Below, piece after piece: positions 8,827 through 15,922 of a DNA stretch of 32,000 nucleotides. The position numbers were made by a program, and so were the translations under genes. The first letter of the stretch is position 1. Each line of letters starts with the position of its first letter. Under the pieces are notes generated by a model. That model had not been told where the DNA came from and searched no databases. It was given only the letters and a program-made list of their open reading frames with translations. This DNA comes from Aulosira sp. DedQUE10 (GTDB taxonomy: Bacteria > Cyanobacteriota > Cyanobacteriia > Cyanobacteriales > Nostocaceae). The stretch covers positions 7,314-39,313 of the forward strand of contig JAVRCF010000017.1 in the NCBI GenBank assembly GCA_034530935.1, written 5' to 3'.

Positions 8827-9172
8827 AATATATGCAGCTTCACAGAGAAATGGTATTAGATCAGATTTTTTCAGATTATTAGATAAACACTCTGACAACA
8901 CTTCTTTGCTCTGCCTTTTAAGTCTCCTTATCACTACAGTTCTGTTTAGATATTCATTTCAATTATCTACCTGTAATCGGTGTTTATCAGCATTTATCGG
9001 TGGTTAATTATTAATTATTTGGACTTTTTTTAGAAGTCTGTAGTATTATATTTTTATGAAAATTTTTTGTTTTAAAATTACAGCAAACCCCAACATAATT
9101 ACCCTGATAGGTAAAAGCTAGTTTGGGTAAATGATCCCTGTATGTGATGGCAGGGAATAATAAATTTTATTT

Positions 9173-9433
9173 ATGTCAAATTCTTCAATCAGTATAACCG
9201 TCAAGTTATTTGCCGCCTATCAAGAAGCTTATGGGGCATCAGAACTAGTGTTAGAACTTCCCAATGGTACGCCAGTGAGAGCAGTATGCGATCGCTTAAT
9301 TGGCGAACATCCAGAACTCAGGCAGTTGCGAGATATCACCCGCTTTGGTATTAATCTAATATTTGTTGAACCAGATACCCCCCTCCAAAATGGCGACGAA
9401 GTGGTATTAATTCCACCTGTTAGCGGCGGTTAG
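9173..9433 (+). CDS. moaD: MoaD/ThiS-family sulfur carrier (molybdopterin synthase small subunit-like)
   Basis: 86 aa with a beta-grasp-like sequence ending ...GDEVVLIPPVSGG, a C-terminal Gly-Gly. Confidence 0.7.
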   Translation: MSNSSISITVKLFAAYQEAYGASELVLELPNGTPVRAVCDRLIGEHPELRQLRDITRFGINLIFVEPDTPLQNGDEVVLIPPVSGG

Positions 9434-9507
9434 CTTTAACATAAACTGCTGCTGAGTAAGTCAAAAATCAAAAGTCAAAAGAATTGTATTCCCAGCTTTT
9501 GCACTAT

Positions 9508-9549
9508 TGTGAACTAACCAGTCTTCACTTGAAGACTGGTTAGTTCACA
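9508..9549. repeat. 42-bp perfect palindrome (20-bp arms, 2-nt centre)
   Basis: tgtgaactaaccagtcttca ct tgaagactggttagttcaca. It lies between moaD and the next gene, and no clear U-tract follows. Confidence 0.85.
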
Positions 9550-9576
9550 AGCGCCTTATATTTTTACAAATGACAA

Positions 9577-10008
9577 ATGACACATGACCAACATATTAAA
9601 CCAATAGTTTGGGTACATGGAGACTGTCTTAGTCCTCACAATCCCGCACTCCAAAATTATCCCAACGTCCCAGCCATCTGGGTGTGGGATGATGCTTTGA
9701 TAGCAGAATGGCAACTGAGCCTGAAACGCCTCACCTTTATCTACGAATGCTTACTAGAATTACCAGTCGTCATCCGTCGTGGTGATGTAGCACAAGAAAT
9801 TGTAGCGTTTGCCAAAGAGCATCATGCCGACTTAGTTGTAACCACCGCAAGTCCTAGCCCACGCTTTGCTGATATTTGCAACTCAGTGGAATCTTCTTTA
9901 GCTATGGAAGTGCTACAAGTAGAAGCATTTTTTGATTACGACGGGTATATTGACCTGAAGCGCTTCTCCCGCTATTGGAAAGTTGCCCAGAATTATGTTT
10001 TTGAATAA
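9577..10008 (+). CDS. Hypothetical protein resembling the N-terminal alpha/beta domain of photolyase/cryptochrome (stand-alone)
   Basis: 143 aa. IVWVHGDCLSPHNPAL...VIRRGDVAQEIVAFAKEHHADLVV recalls the photolyase N-terminal pattern (xxWFRRDLRLxDNPAL...RRGDP...). There is no FAD-binding helical domain. The start codon sits inside AAATGAC heptamer repeats. Confidence 0.5.
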   Translation: MTHDQHIKPIVWVHGDCLSPHNPALQNYPNVPAIWVWDDALIAEWQLSLKRLTFIYECLLELPVVIRRGDVAQEIVAFAKEHHADLVVTTASPSPRFADICNSVESSLAMEVLQVEAFFDYDGYIDLKRFSRYWKVAQNYVFE

Positions 10009-10132
10009 GCAGCGATCGCTAAATCTAGCGTTAAGTTGACACGTATGAGCATTGCTGTGCCCTTACAGTGTGGTTCAAATAGGTGAAAACTGCTGTATAC
10101 CAATTTGAAAAAAGAATGTAACAAATGGGTAG

Positions 10133-10153
10133 GGGCACAGCACTGCTGTGCCC
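10133..10153. repeat. SDR-type hairpin GGGCACAGC-ACT-GCTGTGCCC
   Basis: A perfect 9-bp stem. A near-identical copy with the same GTAGG left flank is at 18146-18165, and a partial copy (gctgtgccc) is near 10053. Confidence 0.8.
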
Positions 10154-10186
10154 TCCGAATGATTTATCTGTCGCTCTACATACTCA

Positions 10187-10396
10187 TTCACGAGTATTAA
10201 AGACTCGTTCACGGAGTTAAAACCCACATTCACGGAGCTAAAAGCCTGATTCACGGAGCTAAAAGCCTTATTAACGGAGCTAAAAGCCTCGTTCACAGAG
10301 CTAAAAGCCTCATTGACGAAGCTAAAAGCCTCGTTCGCGGAGCTAAAAGCCTCGTTGATGGAGTTCAAAGCCTCATTAACGAGTATCAAAGACTCA
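10187..10396. repeat. Tandem array of ten 21-bp units (consensus TTCACGGAGCTAAAAGCCTCG)
   Basis: Unit starts are at 10187, 10208, 10229, 10250, 10271, 10292, 10313, 10334, 10355 and 10376. Central units are near-identical. The two terminal units are more diverged and resemble each other (GAGTAT-AAAGACTC). Confidence 0.9.
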
Positions 10397-10567
10397 ACTG
10401 CATAACATCTTGAGAAAAACTATTCTCATACTCAAGCTCAAAGCAAGAAATATCCTGATTAGAGGCAGAAAATGGTTGTGATCCTAAGTTTGTATCATTA
10501 TCTCCCTAAGTTTACTGAAAAAATTCCTTATAATCATTGGTAATGGTCTAATATCGTACTCAAGGAC

Positions 10568-11023
10568 ATGGAACCAATTACCGTCGGTGCGATCGCTCTT
10601 TTAACTTTAATCGGCAATAAGATCATCGATTGGTCAACAGAAAAGGCTTTGGATGCTGGTTTAGACAAAGCCAAGCAAGTTATTAAAGCTAAATCACCCG
10701 ATACAGCCGCAGCTTTAGAAACCGCAGCCGCACAAGCAGCTTTACCGCCGGGAGAACGAGAAGATATTGGTGAGGCTGTGTTAGTAGAACAGGTAAAAAA
10801 AGCAGCAGAAGCAGACCCGGAAATTAAGGAGGCTGTAGATGCATTAGGAAATCAAGTCACGACGGCTGCACAGGCTAACCCGGAACTGGCAAAGGCTATT
10901 GCAGAGTTAACCGCAGCTATTAAAGCGCAAAGTCCGACAACGGTAGAGAACTGGCAAGGTATAAATATCAAGGGTGGCGAGAATACTATCAGTAATCCCA
11001 CTTTAAACTTTGGCAGCAAATGA
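10568..11023 (+). CDS. Small helical protein with a hydrophobic N-terminus and a C-terminal G/N-rich motif shared with the downstream NLR (Bell-like effector candidate)
   Basis: 151 aa. MEPITVGAIALLTLIGNKII is followed by an A/E/K-rich helical region. The C-terminus is ENWQGINIKGGENTISNPTLNFGSK. The stop overlaps the next start (ATGA at 11020-11023). Confidence 0.75.
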   Translation: MEPITVGAIALLTLIGNKIIDWSTEKALDAGLDKAKQVIKAKSPDTAAALETAAAQAALPPGEREDIGEAVLVEQVKKAAEADPEIKEAVDALGNQVTTAAQANPELAKAIAELTAAIKAQSPTTVENWQGINIKGGENTISNPTLNFGSK

Positions 11024-13140
11024 GCAATGAGAATTGGCAAGGGATAAACATTAAGGGTGGCGAGACTAACATCAACAACCCAACAATTAATATTGGATCA
11101 TCACAACAGACTTCTCCACCAAATATCCCCAACAATTTAATTTACAAAGGCGCTGTCAAGTTTGTTGGGCGAGACAATGAACTTAGCGACATCCATCAGA
11201 AATTGCAGCAGTCTGGTAACGTAGCAATTTCGGCGGTAGCTGGGATGGGAGGTATCGGTAAAACAGAACTAGCAACCCAGTATGCACTAAGACATGAGGC
11301 TGATTATCCTGGCGGTATCTGCTGGCTGAATGGGAGAGAATCGGATTTAGCAGCTAGCATTGTGCAATTTTATCTGTTGTACATCGGTAAAGAAATCCCC
11401 AAAGAATTAGGCGGAAAACTGCTGAACCTCCAAGAACAAGTGCGGTGGTGTTGGCAGCATTGGCAACCATCCGAGGGTTTGGTGTTGGTAGTATTAGATG
11501 ATGTCACTAATTTAGAGAATCTGCGAGAAGTACAACCGACAACCAACCGCTTCCGGGTACTCATCACCACCCGGTTACGCAATCTCAACCCCAATTTTGT
11601 CGAGGAAATTTCCTTAGATGTACTCCCGGAAATTAAAGCGTTAGAACTGCTAACAGCTTTTGTGGGTGAAAAGCGAATACAACGGGAAGAAACAACCGCT
11701 AAACAATTGTGTCAATGGCTGGGATATTTACCCTTGGGGTTGGAATTAGTCGGACAGTATTTAGCTGAAGATCCAGATTTATCTTTAGCAGAAATGTTGG
11801 AAAGACTGAAGGTGCAACGGCTAGAGGATGAAGCACTAGAACGGAGACAGCCAACCCTGAATACAGCACAGCTAGGAGTGAAAGCCGCCTTTGAATTAAG
11901 CTGGCGAGAACTGGAGGAAAAAACTCAGTTTGTGGGTGCGTTGTTGAGTTTATTTGCGCCTGATGTCATACCTTGGCAATTGGTAGAGTTTACCAGTGAG
12001 TTGCTGCATTGGGCAAAGGCAGATGTAACGGAAGCGAGAAAGCAACTCTACAAACGCTATCTCATTCAAAGATTAGAAGATAAAAACGCTTGCTATCAAA
12101 TTCATTCTTTAATTCGGGAGTTTCTCAAAGGGAAATTTGGACAAATTAGCTTCCTCGCTGGTGGTGAAGAGTTAGGAGTGGAATTCAAACAGGCTTTTGC
12201 AGCCACGATGGTAACAAAAGCCAAAGAAATTCCTCATACCCCCACCCGTGAAGTTACCGAGTCAGTGCAAGATACTATTCCCCATCTCCAAGAAGTAGCC
12301 CAAAATTTAATTGATGTCGTCAAGAATGAAGATTTAATTTGGGTGTTTGGGGGATTGGGTAGATTTTATCAAGGACAGGGTTTGTATGCATTAGCAGAAC
12401 CTTGGTACAAGCAGTGTTTATCAACAGTCAAAGCCCGTTTGGGAGAAGAACATCCCGACATCGCCACCAGCCTCAACAATTTGGCTTTACTCTACTTTTT
12501 CCAAGGAAATTACACCGCACCCGAACCCTTGTATCAGCAAGCTTTGGCAATGTATAAACGCTTGCTGGGAGATGAACATCCCCGTTTTGCCACCAACCTC
12601 AACAACTTGGCTTTACTCTACGAATCCCAAGGAAGGTACACTGAAGCCGAACCCTTGTACCAGCAAGCTTTGGCAATGAGAAAACGCCTGCTGGGAGATG
12701 AACATCCCGATGTTGCCGCTAGCCTCAACAACTTGGCTTTACTCTACTCTTCCCAAGGAAATTACACCGCAGCCGAACCCTTGTATCAGCAAGCTTTGGC
12801 AATGAGTAAACGCCTGCTGGGGGATGAACATCCCGACGTTGCCACTAGCCTCAACAACTTGGCTAATCTCTACTTTTTCCAAGGAAATTACACCGCAGCC
12901 GAACCCTTGTATCAGCAAGCTTTGGCAATGAGTAAACGCCTGCTGGGAGATGAACATCCCGAAGTTGCCACTAGCCTCAACAACTTGGCTTTACTCTACA
13001 AATCCCAAGGAAGGTACACTGAAGCCGAATTCTTTTATTTGCAAGCCTTGACGATTTATGAGCAAAAATTAGGTGTTAATCATCCTTATACAGTTAAGTG
13101 TCGTAAAAATCTTCAACTTCTTCGTGATGCTAACTCTTAA
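11020..13140 (+). CDS. NLR-like STAND ATPase: N-terminal G/N-rich motif + NB-ARC + TPR repeats
   Basis: 706 aa. The N-terminus is MSNENWQGINIKGGETNINNPTINIGS. Walker A GMGGIGKT is at nt 11242-11265. Also present: Walker B LVLVVLDDV, RVLITTR, and a GLPL-like YLPLGLELVG. The C-terminus has at least 6 TPR_10/12-type 42-aa repeats (HPDVATSLNNLALLY..QG.YT.AEPLYQQALAM.KRLLGDE). Confidence 0.9.
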   Translation: MSNENWQGINIKGGETNINNPTINIGSSQQTSPPNIPNNLIYKGAVKFVGRDNELSDIHQKLQQSGNVAISAVAGMGGIGKTELATQYALRHEADYPGGICWLNGRESDLAASIVQFYLLYIGKEIPKELGGKLLNLQEQVRWCWQHWQPSEGLVLVVLDDVTNLENLREVQPTTNRFRVLITTRLRNLNPNFVEEISLDVLPEIKALELLTAFVGEKRIQREETTAKQLCQWLGYLPLGLELVGQYLAEDPDLSLAEMLERLKVQRLEDEALERRQPTLNTAQLGVKAAFELSWRELEEKTQFVGALLSLFAPDVIPWQLVEFTSELLHWAKADVTEARKQLYKRYLIQRLEDKNACYQIHSLIREFLKGKFGQISFLAGGEELGVEFKQAFAATMVTKAKEIPHTPTREVTESVQDTIPHLQEVAQNLIDVVKNEDLIWVFGGLGRFYQGQGLYALAEPWYKQCLSTVKARLGEEHPDIATSLNNLALLYFFQGNYTAPEPLYQQALAMYKRLLGDEHPRFATNLNNLALLYESQGRYTEAEPLYQQALAMRKRLLGDEHPDVAASLNNLALLYSSQGNYTAAEPLYQQALAMSKRLLGDEHPDVATSLNNLANLYFFQGNYTAAEPLYQQALAMSKRLLGDEHPEVATSLNNLALLYKSQGRYTEAEFFYLQALTIYEQKLGVNHPYTVKCRKNLQLLRDANS
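12451..13080 (+). repeat. Five in-frame 126-bp tandem units encoding the TPR sensor of the NLR
   Basis: Units start at 12451, 12577, 12703, 12829 and 12955. The segment 12753-12864 differs from 12879-12990 at only 2 of 112 nt. Confidence 0.9.
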
Positions 13141-13217
13141 CTCTTGACCGAACAAGGCAAAAGTTAAAAGTTAAAAGGCAAAAGAAAGAAATAAAAAGAA
13201 AAATGGTCACAGAGCAA

Positions 13218-13517
13218 CTAAATTTATGATGTTGTTGGTCAATTCATGATGGGTTAAACCCCCCACCCTTAAAGCCTTAGTTTAGGGTTGCTTTCCCGCC
13301 CTGCAATGAATTGCGGGCTAATAGTTCAAGTGCGTTGAAACGCACTGAAATTAAAGAACTTGCCAATAGACATCTCCGAAAATGGCGTAGGCACAATTCA
13401 TGAATTGTGCCTACCAAGGATTTCAGACAACGCATAATTAATTTCTGGAGATGTCTAATGAATTGAGGCTGATAGGTTAAACCCCCTATCAATTCGCCAA
13501 CAACATCATAAATTTAG
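13218..13517. mobile_element. MITE-like non-autonomous element (about 300 bp) with 21-bp perfect terminal inverted repeats
   Basis: The left TIR ctaaatttatgatgttgttgg (13218-13238) is the reverse complement of the right TIR ccaacaacatcataaatttag (13497-13517). Imperfect pairing continues inward (ggttaaaccccc on both sides). An internal palindrome gtaggcacaattcatgaattgtgcctac is present. No credible ORF. Confidence 0.75.
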
Positions 13518-13612
13518 GGGCATTATCTTTTTACTTTTTACTTCTCTTCAGTAGCAGACATGGATCAAATAATTGCACAATAAAAGCAGTTCGTCATGGT
13601 TACTACCTAGAA

Positions 13613-15007
13613 ATGCCCACTAAACTAGCTGATACACAAAATTTACTTTCTGAGCTAATTGCCCGCTACTCATCTCGTGTAGATTATTTGATGATTCGCC
13701 TGGAAGAAGCAGAAGGTACTGATATCCTGTTGCGTGGTGACAAAGTAGAAACCCTGAGTGAAGGGATCTCAATCGGTGGACATATTCGCGCTTGTTATAA
13801 AGGTGGGTGGGGTTTGAGCTGCTTTAATCAGCTTTCGACAATTACCGCACGGATTGAAGAAGCGATCGCAGCTGCACGCATGGTAGGAGATGAAGAAACT
13901 GTACTAGCACCCATTGACCCGGTACAAGCAATATGCAGTCTACCCCTAACAGGAACAGATCCGCGAAAGATTTCTCTGTTTGAGAAAAAAGAATTGTGCG
14001 ATCGCTATTGTGAGTTACTCAAAAGCGTTGATTCCCGGATTACTACTACTTCAGTCCGCTACGGTGATAGTTTCCAAAAAATCATTCTCGCTACTTCTGA
14101 AGGTACATTAATCGAGCAATCTTGGGTGGATATGGAAATGCGGTTCGCCGCTACAGCCAGAAACGGCGACACTGTGCAAACTGGTAGAGAAACTACAGGT
14201 TCCCGAAAAGGCTATGAAGACTTAACTTCTTTAGATGCACAAGTTAAGAATGCAGCAAAAAGAGCGATCGCAGCCTTATCTCTACCGTCAGTAAAAGGCA
14301 ATACTTATACCGTAGTCATTGACCCCATACTTACTGGTTTGTTTGTTCATGAAGCTTTTGGGCATCTGTCTGAGGCTGATATGGCTTACGAAAACCCCGA
14401 TTTGTTGGAAGTAATGACCATTGGGCGGCGATTTGGCCCAGAAGAACTGCAAATTTTTGATGGTGCTGCGCCCCTAGGACATCGCGGTAGTTATTTTTAT
14501 GACGACGAAGGTACACCAGCCACGACAACACAATTAATTAAAGATGGAGTTTTGGTAGGACGGTTACATTCCCGTGAAACCGCAGGCAAATTAGAGGAAG
14601 CGCCCACAGGCAATGCTCGCTGTCTCAATTATCACTTTACACCAATTGTGCGGATGACAAACACCTGGATTGAAAGGGGTAAAACACCAGTTGCAGACTT
14701 ATTTAGTCAAATCAAAGAAGGAGTATATGCGCGTAATTGGCTAGGTGGGATGACAAATGGGGAAATGTTCACCTTTAGCGCTGGGGAAGCATGGATGATT
14801 AGAAACGGCAAAATTGCTGAACCTGTGCGAGATGTCACACTTTCAGGTAACGTTTTTCAAACCTTAGCCGATATTGAAGCAATTGGTGATGACTTTTACT
14901 GGGATGAATCTGGTGGTTGTGGTAAAGGTGGACAAAATGGCTTACCTGTAGGTTGTGGTGGCCCAAGTTTGCGAATTCGGGATGTAGTAGTTGGAGGTGA
15001 AGCTTAA
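13613..15007 (+). CDS. tldD: TldD-family metalloprotease (TldD/PmbA superfamily)
   Basis: 464 aa. The HExxxGH motif appears in LFVHEAFGHLSEAD. The glycine-rich C-terminus (GGCGKGGQNGLPVGCGGPSLRI) is typical of TldD. Confidence 0.8.
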   Translation: MPTKLADTQNLLSELIARYSSRVDYLMIRLEEAEGTDILLRGDKVETLSEGISIGGHIRACYKGGWGLSCFNQLSTITARIEEAIAAARMVGDEETVLAPIDPVQAICSLPLTGTDPRKISLFEKKELCDRYCELLKSVDSRITTTSVRYGDSFQKIILATSEGTLIEQSWVDMEMRFAATARNGDTVQTGRETTGSRKGYEDLTSLDAQVKNAAKRAIAALSLPSVKGNTYTVVIDPILTGLFVHEAFGHLSEADMAYENPDLLEVMTIGRRFGPEELQIFDGAAPLGHRGSYFYDDEGTPATTTQLIKDGVLVGRLHSRETAGKLEEAPTGNARCLNYHFTPIVRMTNTWIERGKTPVADLFSQIKEGVYARNWLGGMTNGEMFTFSAGEAWMIRNGKIAEPVRDVTLSGNVFQTLADIEAIGDDFYWDESGGCGKGGQNGLPVGCGGPSLRIRDVVVGGEA

Positions 15008-15010
15008 AAA

Positions 15011-15390
15011 ATTCGTAATTCTTAATTGATAATTCGTAATTAACTACGTAGGTTAGTATACGTAAACTGTCAACCCCTCCGGTTAATTCAAAATTCAAAA
15101 TTAATCACCCCACGGATGAATCCGGGGGCTTGAATTAATATTGTTTAAATTTTTTTTCCATAAATCAATTTAGCGAAAAGTTTGCGCGTCCGGGTATAGA
15201 GGCGCAAAACTTTTTAAGACAGGGGCTTGTCTCCTTCTTTTTTTCGGTCATTTGTAATTCGTAAGGATTTCAAGCCTGTTTATCTTTGATAACCTAGTTT
15301 TATTTATCGCCTTGTGCGATACCTGTAAAACTCCAAATCTTTAGATTGAAGATGTAGCATCCTTTTAATTACTAATTAAGAATTACGAAT
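15011..15390. repeat. About 380-bp spacer bounded by a 17-bp perfect inverted repeat built from AATTCGT-type heptamers
   Basis: attcgtaattcttaatt (15011-15027) is the reverse complement of aattaagaattacgaat (15374-15390). The interior carries further small hairpins, e.g. gtttgcgc...gcgcaaaac at 15180-15210 followed by ttttt. Confidence 0.6.
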
Positions 15391-15421
15391 TACGAATAAA
15401 TCATGCCTAATCAATTAAAAT

Positions 15422-15450
15422 ACCCGACTTCAAAAAAAAAGAAGTCGGGT
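15422..15450 (-). terminator. Candidate intrinsic terminator for the minus-strand gene ending at 15596
   Basis: A 10-bp stem acccgacttc/gaagtcgggt surrounds a 9-nt homopolymer loop. On the minus strand it is followed by an A/T-rich tail (tattttaatt). Confidence 0.45.
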
Positions 15451-15595
15451 GTCTGTTGCTTTCAGAGAAAAAAGGTATCCTTTTATAACCCCTCATTTTA
15501 ATTGCAGGGATTCTCTATTTAGTTTTTAATTTCAAAAATAACACATTAGACAAAAATTTTTATCCGTCCCAGTTTACCCAGTTGATGACAACTAC

Positions 15596-15922
15596 TCAAT
15601 CCAATATTACTTGCTTCACTAAAGCTATCCACATATCAGAGGGATCTGAGTAGTAATCAATTTCTTCAACTTGATACTGATAAGATTTACAGCCGGATTG
15701 CACAAGAATATAATCGCTAGATTTAATACCTTTTCCGGTTCCAGTCATGTAACCTCCTAAGCCTCCGTGTAATGGATCAAACACGTAGTCTCTTCCACGG
15801 ACTAATTGGCTATAATCGTGTATTTTATGTTTTTGTTTTGATTCATTTAATATAAGAAGCATTGGCAAGAACCCACTTACTAAACTGAAGCTAAAATTAA
15901 TACCTGTTTTAATAATAGACAT
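15596..15922 (-). CDS. Hypothetical small protein with a hydrophobic N-terminus
   Basis: 108 aa. MSIIKTGINFSFSLVSGFLPMLLIL... is followed by ...GYMTGTGKGIKSSDYILVQSGCKSYQYQVEEIDYYSDPSDMWIAL. I recognise no family. It is embedded in AT-rich DNA. Confidence 0.5.
   Translation of the reverse strand: MSIIKTGINFSFSLVSGFLPMLLILNESKQKHKIHDYSQLVRGRDYVFDPLHGGLGGYMTGTGKGIKSSDYILVQSGCKSYQYQVEEIDYYSDPSDMWIALVKQVILD

Noticed and set aside
10075-10389. 104-aa minus-strand ORF with NEAFSSV heptads
   Set aside because: The open frame is a by-product of the 21-bp periodic repeat. It has only a weak TTG start and runs through an SDR hairpin. The differences between units are mostly non-synonymous. It is kept as a repeat, not a CDS, though coding cannot be fully excluded.
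10187-10396. Possible CRISPR array (regular short repeats)
   Set aside because: The 21-bp units are directly contiguous with no unique spacers. The units are too short, and no cas genes or leader are nearby. It is a plain tandem repeat.
10500-10567. Sigma70-like promoter (tataat at 10529-10534) for the effector/NLR pair
   Set aside because: The only nearby -35-like hexamer (tttact at 10511-10516) is 12 nt away, which is too close. It cannot be supported without TSS data.
13277-13492. 71-aa minus-strand ORF
   Set aside because: It lies wholly inside the MITE-like element and spans its internal palindrome. Nothing suggests it encodes a transposase or any other product.
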